DNA of 64,000 bases from Dehalococcoidia bacterium (lineage in GTDB: Bacteria > Chloroflexota > Dehalococcoidia > Lucifugimonadales > UBA2985): positions 1,440,819 through 1,504,818 of the forward strand of contig OZ253466.1 in assembly GCA_965261605.1 (NCBI GenBank). The letters run 5' to 3'. Position numbers and translations under genes: made by a program. The notes below the pieces were generated by a model that searched no databases, was not told the DNA's origin, and was given only the letters and a program-made list of their open reading frames with translations. Within the stretch, counting starts at the first letter, position 1. The number at the start of each line of letters is the position of its first letter. Positions 28,855 to 37,647 of the stretch are shown here, piece by piece.

Positions 28855-30069
28855 ATGAGGTTGTCTTTAACCTCGGAGGACATTCAAAGGGCACGTAGCG
28901 TAATAGCTGACCAGGTGCACAGGACGCCCGTGCTGTCCTCGGTCTCCCTGGGCCGGATGGCAGGGTGTGAACTCCTGCTCAAGGCCGAGAACCTGCAGAG
29001 AGCGGGATCCTTCAAGGTGAGGGGCGCGGTGAACAAGATAGCTGGACTGAGCCCGGAACAGAAGGCCAGTGGAGTTATCGCCGCCAGCGCCGGGAACCAC
29101 GCCCAGGGGGTTGCCCTGGCAGCCGGGAACTTGGGCATAGACTGTACCATCGTCATGCCCAGAGACGCGTCCATTCCCAAGGTGGAGGCAACCAGGGGCT
29201 ACGGCGCAAAGGTGATTCTTCATGGCGAGGACTTCGACCAAGCCATGAGTCACGCCCGCCGCCTCATGCGAGAGAACGGGCTGACCCTTGTCCACGCCTT
29301 CGACGACCCCGCGATTATAGCCGGGCAGGGGACAATTGGCCTGGAACTGCTGGAGCAGGCGCCGGACCTGGACGTGTTAGTGGTGCCGGTTGGAGGCGGA
29401 GGCCTGATAGCAGGCATAGGACTGGCCGTGCGTGAAGCCATGCCCGGCGTCCGGGTCATAGGAGTCCAGGCCAGAGCGTCTGCGGCGTTTGTCGAGTCGT
29501 ACAGGGCAGACAGGCGTATCAGCGTGAAAGGGGAATCTACCGTAGCAGACGGGATAGCCGTCGGTACTCCTGGGCGGCTGACGCTGCCCTTGGCGGCGCG
29601 CTGTGTGGACGATATGGTGACGGTTGAAGAGGACGAGATCACCCAGGCCATGACGCTGCTACTGGAGAGGTGCAAGCTCCTGGTGGAGGGCGCCGGCGCG
29701 GTGGGCCTGGCCGCCGTGCTGGGCGGCAAGATCCGGGTCGATGGGAAGAGGGTGGCCGTGGTGCTCAGCGGCGGCAACGTGGACTCCAACCTGGTGGCGC
29801 GCGTGCTGGAGCACGGCCTCTCCCACGCAGGACGCTACCTGGTGCTACGTCAGCTGATTGAGGACCGCCCCGGCCGGCTGAGCCGGCTCCTGGGCATTGT
29901 GTCAGGCACCGGGGTGAACGTGCTGGAGATTGGCCACCTCAGGCACGGGCCGTCCGTTCCAATGGGGCACGTAGAGGTGCAGCTTACGCTGGAGACCAGG
30001 GACTACGCCCACGCGGAGGAGGTGCGGGAGCGCCTACGCGAGTCCGGGTATACCCTCAGCGAGGAGTAG
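28855..30069 (+). CDS. ilvA: Threonine ammonia-lyase (threonine dehydratase) with C-terminal ACT-like domain
   Basis: PLP lysine motif GSFKVRGA and the GGGGL loop. Confidence 0.9.
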   Translation: MRLSLTSEDIQRARSVIADQVHRTPVLSSVSLGRMAGCELLLKAENLQRAGSFKVRGAVNKIAGLSPEQKASGVIAASAGNHAQGVALAAGNLGIDCTIVMPRDASIPKVEATRGYGAKVILHGEDFDQAMSHARRLMRENGLTLVHAFDDPAIIAGQGTIGLELLEQAPDLDVLVVPVGGGGLIAGIGLAVREAMPGVRVIGVQARASAAFVESYRADRRISVKGESTVADGIAVGTPGRLTLPLAARCVDDMVTVEEDEITQAMTLLLERCKLLVEGAGAVGLAAVLGGKIRVDGKRVAVVLSGGNVDSNLVARVLEHGLSHAGRYLVLRQLIEDRPGRLSRLLGIVSGTGVNVLEIGHLRHGPSVPMGHVEVQLTLETRDYAHAEEVRERLRESGYTLSEE

Positions 30070-30094
30070 AGGCGGTCGCTGTCCCGGCGTCACA

Positions 30095-30184
30095 GGCGGG
30101 GCATGGGGCTATGTCACCTCCGGCGCGCTGGGGAAGTACGCGCGACTGGTGGGATTGGCGTCATCGGACACCGTCACGGTATGG
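30095..30184 (+). pseudogene. Relic resembling the 3' end of a dihydroxy-acid dehydratase gene
   Basis: Translation GGAWGYVTSGALGKYARLVGLASSDTVTVW versus the ilvD C-terminus [20 protein letters not shown]: 12 of 20 identities. DNA shares aagtacgcg..ctggtggga. Confidence 0.4.
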
Positions 30185-30329
30185 GCGGGGGTGTCTGCGC
30201 ACGTTTATAAGGCGGTTAGGACAGAGAATATATCGTAGAAGGCGTATATCTCTCTTAAAGAGAATGGTAGTAGGTTAATCTGGAACAATAGGTGACCTTG
30301 ACTGTCCAAGCCGTGGAATTGTAGAAAGT

Positions 30330-31856
30330 CTAGAGAAGCCGTGGAATCATTGGTATCTGAGATTCTGGGACACCTTCCGATAGGGAGGAGGAGGAAGGCT
30401 CTGGTAGTACATCTGTCCACATAGGAAGCGATACCTTGTATTCCTCGGCCAACCTACCCAGGTCTAGAGCAGATAGTATTTGGGTCGTTATGGGCCGCTT
30501 CGCATCCCAGAAGATAAGGGACATTAAGAGACCTCTAGCTGCTTCCGAGTTGAGTAGTTGCAAGATGAGTTTGGCGTCATCTTCGTTTTTGCACGGCAGG
30601 AAGTAGCAAGTGTCGTCGAAGACAACGGGTTTTTGATCTACAGGACCTATGCAGTGGAAGTCGATATGCTTGGAGAAGCCTGAAATTGCAATTTTCCAGG
30701 GAGCGAAGCTATAAGGTCCCACACCAAATATAGAAAACCGGGGGCGGTTCCTATAAATTGAGCTTAGTCGTCTGTCAAGAAGATCAGCGTGAGACTCGAG
30801 ATATTCCCAGGTGTAGGGGGTCTCTTTTCTGATCCACGAAGTATCCTCTCCCGTATATCCCTGAGTAACGAGCATATAGCGCGTGGGAGTCGGGTGCGGT
30901 TTCATCAGATCAGAACTCTTAATCAAAGGGTATAGCTTGTTTGACTCGAGTCTTACGATCTCTCCCAGTCCGTTCTGGAATTCACTCGTTCCCAAGCGAC
31001 GCAACTCAATCACACGAGAGCAGTCATGCTTTATTCCAGACCGCCACCTGAGAGGAGATATGCCTAGAAAGTGACCATATGTATTGAAAAGCTCCAAATT
31101 TGCAACTAATCGTCCATTATGGAATGTGAATGTAGAGTAGTCAGACACAGACGGATCGAGATTTGGATAGATTACACATTCTTTAGATGAAGTTCCAGGT
31201 TCAAGCATTGAGACTAGGAGACATGCATCAACAGAGGCCCCAAAGTGCTCGGCTGCATCAATCATATATATGGCCGACTTTGCAATTTGCAGGTTACGGC
31301 TCCAGGCATATCTGAGCACTTTCCGGGCTACTACGGTCTTGCAGAGCATCGCGAGCACAGCCTTCCGTCCGGATAGCCACTCCAGTAGGTGCTGTATCAT
31401 CGATTCGGAAATGTCGAAATTGCTCTTGCCAGTGATTGCTTCAAGTCCGTCGAGTCGGTTGAAATTAGACTTGTTGGGAAGGTTCGAGCCTCCCAGTGAT
31501 CCCATAGCAGAGTTAGTCACCCATGGTGGATTACCAATCAAAAGTATGGGCTCTTGTAGGTCATTCAGCGTTCTAGGCCAATCCTTCTCAAAGAAATCTT
31601 CGCAATATACATCCGCCTGTTGGACAGCTTTCGCTGAATGCACGTACTCTGGATTCACATCGAATCCGAGTATCTGTTTACAGTGTGGAAAAGCAACAGC
31701 AGAGGCCAAGAGAAACGATCCTTTCCCGCAGGTTGGTTCGACGATTGAGCCAGGGGATACACCTAAGTGATATAGTACATCGCAGGTTTTGCGGGCGAGT
31801 ACATAAGGAGTTTGAAAATCTCCGAACTCTATCTTCTGATTTGTCTTCGTAGGCAT
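30330..31856 (-). CDS. N6-adenine DNA methyltransferase (gamma class)
   Basis: Motif I IVEPTCGKGSFL and motif IV LIGNPPWV, plus a long C-terminal recognition region. Confidence 0.85.
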   Translation of the reverse strand: MPTKTNQKIEFGDFQTPYVLARKTCDVLYHLGVSPGSIVEPTCGKGSFLLASAVAFPHCKQILGFDVNPEYVHSAKAVQQADVYCEDFFEKDWPRTLNDLQEPILLIGNPPWVTNSAMGSLGGSNLPNKSNFNRLDGLEAITGKSNFDISESMIQHLLEWLSGRKAVLAMLCKTVVARKVLRYAWSRNLQIAKSAIYMIDAAEHFGASVDACLLVSMLEPGTSSKECVIYPNLDPSVSDYSTFTFHNGRLVANLELFNTYGHFLGISPLRWRSGIKHDCSRVIELRRLGTSEFQNGLGEIVRLESNKLYPLIKSSDLMKPHPTPTRYMLVTQGYTGEDTSWIRKETPYTWEYLESHADLLDRRLSSIYRNRPRFSIFGVGPYSFAPWKIAISGFSKHIDFHCIGPVDQKPVVFDDTCYFLPCKNEDDAKLILQLLNSEAARGLLMSLIFWDAKRPITTQILSALDLGRLAEEYKVSLPMWTDVLPEPSSSSLSEGVPESQIPMIPRLL

Positions 31857-31859
31857 AAG

Positions 31860-32513
31860 TTAGCTTATTCGCAAGATTCCATCGATCGTTCCTGCCGTCT
31901 CAATAACTCGCCTGTATTGGAGCCTCCATTGAAGTGCGTTTGAAATTGTCAGGTAACCCAACTTCGGTGGGTTCTTCAGGATTTCTCCGGCAAGTTTAAC
32001 GGCTTCAACGTCATCAATCGGTAGATTTCGGTCACTCATGAAGGCAATGAGATCGTCTAAGTTGCCTTCTCGCTCCAGTATATCGAGGATGCCGCGAGTC
32101 GTCTGGTAGTCAGCTGTACGCGACTCATCAACAAAGATAGTATGGGTGATATGAAGCTTCCCGGTTCGCTTCTCGTGGTCGTCAATTTTTTGATATACGA
32201 AAAGAAGTAATGAGTGACCGAGTCCTAGTACTTTCTGTCGTGCGGATTTAAATGGGGAAGATGACTGAGGCTGCCTAACGCTCGTAACCTTTATGTCAAC
32301 GTTTATATCTGGAAAGTCGATTCCTCTTGCTGAATTCCCCTCTTCGTAGATGTATTTGGTGCGGAGTAGGGTCTGAAAACTTCGCTCCAAATATGTGCCA
32401 ACTGCCTTGCCGTCTGTGACACCATATAGATCTGGCTCATCATGTGAAGATATCGCCCATGCAAAGGTAGCGGCTTCTGCTCTAAGAGCCTTTATAGTGA
32501 GAGGGAGATTCAT
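31860..32513 (-). CDS. Putative type II restriction endonuclease
   Basis: 217 aa, ending 3 nt upstream of the methyltransferase start. Candidate PD-(D/E)xK core GIDFPDINVDIKV. Confidence 0.5.
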   Translation of the reverse strand: MNLPLTIKALRAEAATFAWAISSHDEPDLYGVTDGKAVGTYLERSFQTLLRTKYIYEEGNSARGIDFPDINVDIKVTSVRQPQSSSPFKSARQKVLGLGHSLLLFVYQKIDDHEKRTGKLHITHTIFVDESRTADYQTTRGILDILEREGNLDDLIAFMSDRNLPIDDVEAVKLAGEILKNPPKLGYLTISNALQWRLQYRRVIETAGTIDGILRIS

Positions 32514-32866
32514 ACCATATTCTCAACTGGCATTCTGGTGAAACTTCCTGGTGTCTTGGTTCATGAATCTCGTTATCCCCCCTCTCAGATGTGTCCTTTT
32601 ACCCATTGCCCCGCTTCTGAAAGTTTGTTGTGAAGCAATCATCCTATAGTGGAGGAAGGGGAATTTTAGTGGACAAGACTGTAGGTAAAGTCTTCTGGGA
32701 TACTTGAAAATGAGCAGTGGCCGATCCTATGGTGCCTCTACTGTTTCTTCAGCGGTACTCTCTTCAAATGTCCTTTGAAGGGATCCTAAGTATCGCCGTT
32801 AGAGTATATGAGAGCCTGCTCCAATCGGTCAACGTATCACATAGCCGTCGGCGCGTCCTCCGTCGT

Positions 32867-32896
32867 TTGCTGGCAGGTCAAGCTGCGTGCTATATT
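32867..32896 (+). promoter_or_regulatory. Possible sigma-70-type promoter upstream of hdc
   Basis: TTGCTG (32867-32872), 18-nt spacer, TATATT (32891-32896), ~50 nt upstream of the hdc ATG. Pattern match only. Confidence 0.25.
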
Positions 32897-32945
32897 GGAA
32901 TTGAGGTCTTGAGACTACCGCAATCTACACAGTTGGAGGGCTGAG

Positions 32946-34049
32946 ATGAATACCGATATTCAGAAGCGTCTCGATCTTCTGCTGAAAAATATTGAGGAGT
33001 TTAGCGCGCAGCAGGTGGGCTACCCGTGCAACCAGGACTTCGACTACTCGGAGCTGTGGCCCTTCCTCCAGTACAGCGCCAACAACGTCGGCGACCCCTT
33101 CCATGGCAGCAGCTTCCAAGTCAACACCCACGAGATCGAATACGAGGTGATCAACACCTTCGCCGCCTTGATGCACCTGGAGCGGAGGGAGGCCTGGGGC
33201 TACGTCACCTCCGGCGGCACCGAGGGCAATATGTACGGCCTGTACATGGGGCGCGAAATCTTCCCGGACGGCGTGGTGTACTTCTCCCAGGACACCCACT
33301 ACAGCGTGGTAAAGATCATGCGTCTGCTGAAGGCCCGCAACATTATGATCAAGAGCCAGCCCAACGGCGAGATCGACTACGACGACCTCTACGAGACCAT
33401 CCGCATCAACCGCGACTCGCCGGTCATCTTCATGGCGAACATAGGCACCACCATGAAGGGCGCAATAGACGACGTTAGCAAGGTACGCGCAATCCTCAAA
33501 GACCTTGCCGTGACCAACTCCTACATCCACGCGGACGCCGCTCTTAGCGGCATGATATTGCCCTTCGTGGATGAGCCTCAGCCCTACGGATTCGACGTCG
33601 GCTTCGACAGCGTGTCCATAAGCGGGCACAAGATGATAGGCTCCCCATTGCCCTGTGGCATTGCTCTCACCAGGCGCGAGTACGTGGCTCGCGTCGCACG
33701 CTCCATCGAGTACGTCGGCGTCCTGGACACCACCCTGACAGGCTCCCGCAGCGCCATTACGCCGCTCATGATTTGGTATGCCCTTGAGAAGCACGGGCTG
33801 GGTGGCTTCAAGCGGATTGTAAATGAATGTCTGGACAAAGCCGAGTACGCGGTCACGCGCTTCAGGGATAGCGGCATACCCGCCTGGCGCAACAAGAACT
33901 CCGTTACGGTCGTCCTTCCGAAACCGTCCCCAGAAGTCATCTTCAAATGGCAGCTTGCCCCCTACGAGGATATAGCCCACATGCTGACAATGCCTCACGT
34001 AACGCGCGAGACTATAGACGCAGTCGTGGATGATTGCCTTAATCAGTAG
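32946..34049 (+). CDS. hdc: Pyridoxal-dependent histidine decarboxylase
   Basis: As I recall them, Gram-negative HDC sequences share long identical stretches with this ORF: QPNGEIDYDDL, ANIGTTMKGAIDD, HADAALSGMILPFVD and SGHKMIGSPLPCG (PLP lysine). Confidence 0.85.
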   Translation: MNTDIQKRLDLLLKNIEEFSAQQVGYPCNQDFDYSELWPFLQYSANNVGDPFHGSSFQVNTHEIEYEVINTFAALMHLERREAWGYVTSGGTEGNMYGLYMGREIFPDGVVYFSQDTHYSVVKIMRLLKARNIMIKSQPNGEIDYDDLYETIRINRDSPVIFMANIGTTMKGAIDDVSKVRAILKDLAVTNSYIHADAALSGMILPFVDEPQPYGFDVGFDSVSISGHKMIGSPLPCGIALTRREYVARVARSIEYVGVLDTTLTGSRSAITPLMIWYALEKHGLGGFKRIVNECLDKAEYAVTRFRDSGIPAWRNKNSVTVVLPKPSPEVIFKWQLAPYEDIAHMLTMPHVTRETIDAVVDDCLNQ

Positions 34050-34080
34050 CATCAAGAAAGAGATAGAGGAACACACTCAT

Positions 34081-34473
34081 ATGTCCAGAATCATGGTCAT
34101 GGCAAAGAACGAAGTCGGCGTAATCGCCGACATCAGCCGGGTCCTGGCTGACAACGGCATCAATATAGAGACCATCAGCACTGAGTCCCTCGACGACAAG
34201 GGCAGCATCTCCCTGACCACCGACGACTACGACGGCGCGTTGCGCGCTCTGACCGAAGCGGGGTTTAAGACGGTCACGGACGACTCTCTAATAGTCAGCC
34301 TGCGCGACGAGCCAGGGGCGCTGGCGAAGGTGGCGGAGAAGCTCAAACAGGGCGGCGTGAACATTCAGAGCCTGCACATAGTCGAACGCCGCGGCGACTA
34401 TACTACAGTCGCAATTCTACCGGACGACCGCGCAAAGGCGGAGGGTCTTCTGGACAGAGAGTCCATAGTGTAG
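34081..34473 (+). CDS. Tandem ACT-domain protein
   Basis: Two repeats of the ...EVGVIADISRVLADNGINI / DEPGALAKVAEKLKQGGVNI type. Start placed at ATG 34081. Confidence 0.7.
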   Translation: MSRIMVMAKNEVGVIADISRVLADNGINIETISTESLDDKGSISLTTDDYDGALRALTEAGFKTVTDDSLIVSLRDEPGALAKVAEKLKQGGVNIQSLHIVERRGDYTTVAILPDDRAKAEGLLDRESIV

Positions 34474-34532
34474 GTCTGCGTTGGGAGCTTGTGCTGGGCG
34501 CAGCCGACGCAAGTTTGTGCGAGCGCCAAGCG

Positions 34533-34949
34533 TCAGGAGAACGTGACGCACACGTCTTCCACAACCCGGAGCACGGACTCCTGACCGAATCTCCGCTTGT
34601 ACTCGTCTGACACCTTACCGGTCAGGCGCATCGCGTCGCCGCCCGGGGGCGCCAGTATTATGAGCAGCTTGGAGCGCTCCTTCAGTATCACGCCCTCGGG
34701 GCCGCGCCACTGACCCTGAGCGTCGAGAACGGTCAGACCGTCCGGGAACCGGGGGGTCACCGTATCCTCAAGAAAAGCGGCCCAAGCCGCGTCGTCAACC
34801 GCTTCACCGGACTGGTTGCTGCGACCCATGAAGAGCCTGTACTCCACGAATGAGTCAGTCCCCTCAGGACAGGCAGGCGTATCAGTGTCGGCGCAAGCGG
34901 CGGTCGCCACCAGGGCCAATGCCAGGCAGGCCAGTATTGCAATCCGCAT
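34533..34949 (-). CDS. Lipoprotein, DUF3574-like
   Basis: Signal plus lipobox (LVATAAC). Core EYRLFMGRS...WAAFLEDTVTPRFPDGLTVLDAQGQW. Confidence 0.55.
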   Translation of the reverse strand: MRIAILACLALALVATAACADTDTPACPEGTDSFVEYRLFMGRSNQSGEAVDDAAWAAFLEDTVTPRFPDGLTVLDAQGQWRGPEGVILKERSKLLIILAPPGGDAMRLTGKVSDEYKRRFGQESVLRVVEDVCVTFS

Positions 34950-35059
34950 CGGATCACCCTCCGGGCATGTTCTATCTACGGTTTTCCTGCGTACCCGAGG
35001 GGTCAGGCAGACGTACCGCAGTGGTCAGAGTATACAGGATAATATGTCTTTCTTACCCA

Positions 35060-35079
35060 ATTCCTGCGGAAGCAGGAGT
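35060..35079. repeat. Family A hairpin
   Basis: attcctgc ggaa gcaggagt, with the loop inverted relative to 1937-1956. Confidence 0.65.
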
Positions 35080-35107
35080 CCAGGATTCCTGTAGTAGTGG
35101 ACTATAG

Positions 35108-35151
35108 ACCCCTGCTCCCCGTTTCCACGACGACAAGCTTCGCAGGGGTGG
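35108..35151. repeat. Family C palindromic repeat, copy 2 (inverted)
   Basis: acccctgctccccgtttccacgacgacaagcttcgcaggggtgg = reverse complement of 1730-1773 with one mismatch across the 43 nt that overlap. Confidence 0.8.
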
Positions 35152-35297
35152 TCTGGCGCTGGGGCGGCGCTATTTGCTATTGCCAACACACACCGAGAAT
35201 ACCGAGGAGCGAGCGGTTGCGTATCCTACTCCTATTGTCGTGTATAATAAGCCATTCCCACCCTCAAACACCGTCCAGGTTAGAAAGAAGTCACGCT

Positions 35298-36845
35298 TTG
35301 AGAATTATACCCTTCATAACCACATCAGTTGCCGCGCTGGCGATCCTGGCAGCGCTGGCCTGCGGCGCGGAGTCTACGCCCGTCCCTCCCACGGCCACCG
35401 GCACGAGCGCCCCGCCGACGGTCCCAAACGCTCCCGTATCCCGCTCGGATGTTGAGACGACTTTCAATGAGCCTCTGTCCTCCGGCCTGTCCATAGCCGA
35501 CGTGACGGAGAACGCCCTGCCCAGCGTCGCTCACATAGTCACGGGGACCGGCTCAGGGACCGGGTTCATAGTCAACGAAAGCGGGCTGGTGGTCACCAAC
35601 AAGCACGTCGTGGATGGGAGCACGCAAGTCAGCGTCCGGATGGCGTCTGGAAGCGAGTACCGGGGCAGCGTGACACAGCGGCATCCCACCCTGGACCTGG
35701 CTTACATCAGGATAGACTCCAGCCAGACCTTCACACCCATAGCAGTCGGAGACTCCGATGAAGTCCGCGTTGGAGCGGAGGTCATCGCCATTGGGTTCCC
35801 ACTGGGTTCGACGCTTGGATCGGAGCCGACGGTCAGCGTGGGCATCATATCGGCCAAGCGGGACGACCGCCTGCAGACCGACGCTTCCCTGAACCCGGGG
35901 AACAGCGGCGGGCCGCTGCTGGATATGTACGGGCAGGTGATTGGCGTGGTGGTCTCAAGGGTGGAGGAGGACAGCGCGGGCAGGCCCATCTCAGGAATTG
36001 GGTTTGCCATTCCCATCAACGAGGTGAAGACGGAGCTAGGAGGCCAGGTATCCCCGGCTGGCAGGGCGCTGCCGACGCCAACGCCATTCCCGGCCATCGG
36101 GCCAACCCCGGACATAGAGGCTACCAAGACGGCGATAGACGCGATAGATGCCTTCCGGCGTGCTTCAGACCAGGCTACGCAGGCGGCAGTTGATGCCCAG
36201 GCCACAGCCGAGCAGTACGCCGCCGACCTTGAGGCCACCCGCGTGGCCGGGCTCCCCACCCCAACCCCGACGGCTACGCCAACTGCCACGCCTCTGCCCA
36301 CGGCCACTCCGACGGCAACACCAACGCCCACCCCTGAGCCAACACCTACTCTGACTGCCACGCCGCCGCCGCATCCGGCTACTTTCTGCACGATGTGGGA
36401 GACCCTGGTCCTGGACTGGATCAAGCAGGGGAACATTCTGCCCTTGGACTATCAATCCTGGCCAGATTCTGTACCTGAGCACCCGGGATTAGCCTTGGGA
36501 GAAGCAGCCTCCTTCTGTCTCACCGAATTTCCATTCGGTGTTTTTAGGAGTAGTACATACCGTGGATACAGCCCACCCGGCAGTTATGAGAGTGTTATCG
36601 GTTATGTAGACGTTGGACACGGAGCTTATAAGTTGCTGCCAGGTACCTATGAATACCGGCGGCCGGGGGATAATCGGGTTGAGGGACATGGTTGTGAAAT
36701 AGTTCTCAACCGTAATACTAAAGACCAAAGCCGGGTAGAGTTGGCTTACGGCGAACCGTTCACCTTTAGGTTTTATACGTACCACGGGCGTGTACAATTT
36801 GTTGGTTATGAGTGCGATGGTAACTTGTACCGGATAGGGGACTAG
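35298..36845 (+). CDS. Secreted/lipoprotein trypsin-like serine protease (HtrA-like core) with Pro/Thr linker and unknown C-terminal domain
   Basis: GSGTGFIV...VVTNKHVV (His), DLAYIRI (Asp), GNSGGPL (Ser), and a PTPTPTATPTATP linker. Start placed at TTG 35298, just before the signal peptide LAILAALACGA; the ORF-track N-terminus crosses repeat DNA. Confidence 0.7.
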   Translation: MRIIPFITTSVAALAILAALACGAESTPVPPTATGTSAPPTVPNAPVSRSDVETTFNEPLSSGLSIADVTENALPSVAHIVTGTGSGTGFIVNESGLVVTNKHVVDGSTQVSVRMASGSEYRGSVTQRHPTLDLAYIRIDSSQTFTPIAVGDSDEVRVGAEVIAIGFPLGSTLGSEPTVSVGIISAKRDDRLQTDASLNPGNSGGPLLDMYGQVIGVVVSRVEEDSAGRPISGIGFAIPINEVKTELGGQVSPAGRALPTPTPFPAIGPTPDIEATKTAIDAIDAFRRASDQATQAAVDAQATAEQYAADLEATRVAGLPTPTPTATPTATPLPTATPTATPTPTPEPTPTLTATPPPHPATFCTMWETLVLDWIKQGNILPLDYQSWPDSVPEHPGLALGEAASFCLTEFPFGVFRSSTYRGYSPPGSYESVIGYVDVGHGAYKLLPGTYEYRRPGDNRVEGHGCEIVLNRNTKDQSRVELAYGEPFTFRFYTYHGRVQFVGYECDGNLYRIGD

Positions 36846-36896
36846 GGGTGGCTGGGGGGTGGCAATAAAGTCTGCGAGGAATAAAAGGAGAAAGGC

Positions 36897-37058
36897 ATGG
36901 CTGAGAAAGAACAATATCACTCTTCGCTACATGAGGCGGATAACAAGTATCACACCGTCTCTGATTGCCCCCTGGCCACCACCATCATTGAGCGTTGCAG
37001 ATGCGAAAAGTGCCGTCCCAAGGACATCTGCGATTGGTGCAGGGGACAGGCAGTATGA
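36897..37058 (+). CDS. Small Cys-rich hypothetical protein (53 aa, below ORF-track cutoff)
   Basis: ATG 36897 is preceded by AAAGGAGAAAGG. MAEKEQYHSSLHEADNKYHTVSDCPLATTIIERCRCEKCRPKDICDWCRGQAV has 6 Cys. Confidence 0.3.
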   Translation: MAEKEQYHSSLHEADNKYHTVSDCPLATTIIERCRCEKCRPKDICDWCRGQAV

Positions 37059-37102
37059 AAGGCAGCGTCCGCTGGAGACGTTAACAATGAAAGGAGAAAG
37101 AC

Positions 37103-37306
37103 ATGGCGAAGATTTTACCATTACCGGGCTACGATACTAACATCGAGATTGGTACACAGGCCGACGATGCACGACTAGGTCCCAACTCTCTTTATCTGAT
37201 AATGGGGCAGGACAGGCGGGAGATTAGAGTATTGGCCCCGCAACAGGCGTTGCAGTTGGCCGCCGTGCTACTGGAAACGTTGAGCGAATTGCCCAATCTG
37301 AGATGA
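37103..37306 (+). CDS. Hypothetical small protein
   Basis: 67 aa. ATG is preceded by AAAGGAGAAAGAC. Confidence 0.4.
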   Translation: MAKILPLPGYDTNIEIGTQADDARLGPNSLYLIMGQDRREIRVLAPQQALQLAAVLLETLSELPNLR

Positions 37307-37343
37307 CCGACCCCAACTTCAAGGAAGACTAGGAGGTATAGAC

Positions 37344-37552
37344 ATGAGGTATTGGGTCTACAAGACATTGTGACCAACAAGGCCGTTGTACACTTGGAGT
37401 CCTGTCCTTCCTTAAAGAGCGGCATCCCATATAAAGAACCCGCCGATGGCGGGAGGTACAGCCCCATTCCGAATGAGCGGGTTGCGTGGGGCATTGCTCT
37501 GGCCTGTGAACGGAGAGAGATGCGACCGTGTGCGAGATGCATGACAGGATGA
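37344..37552 (+). pseudogene. Small Cys-containing gene apparently split by a -1 frame change
   Basis: AGGAGG, 7 nt, then ATG 37344 gives only MRYWVYKTL-stop. The -1 frame continues (IV)TNKAVVHLESCPSLK...RPCARCMTG to 37552. Confidence 0.35.
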
Positions 37553-37647
37553 AATGAAAAGCTCCATCCCCGGCTCTTGGGAGTTCACCGTCAAGCTGGG
37601 GTGCGGCCGTCTCTATCTCATAGGGGGCCAGGAAGTTAAGGAGAGCA

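Larger units (their letters stand above)
30186..32720. other. Low-GC island carrying a second type II R-M pair
   Basis: A hand-counted line (31081-31140) is 35% GC. It sits between ilvA and hdc, both high GC. Confidence 0.6.

Noticed and set aside
36230-36370. Pro/Thr-rich repetitive DNA (also 39420-39560)
   Set aside because: These are low-complexity PT linkers between the signal peptide or domains of secreted proteins, not independent repeat elements.
36859-37140. 93-aa ORF-track frame spanning the small-gene region
   Set aside because: It has no SD, it overlaps two better-supported small ORFs that each have a strong AAAGGAGAAAG site, and its translation is basic low-complexity.
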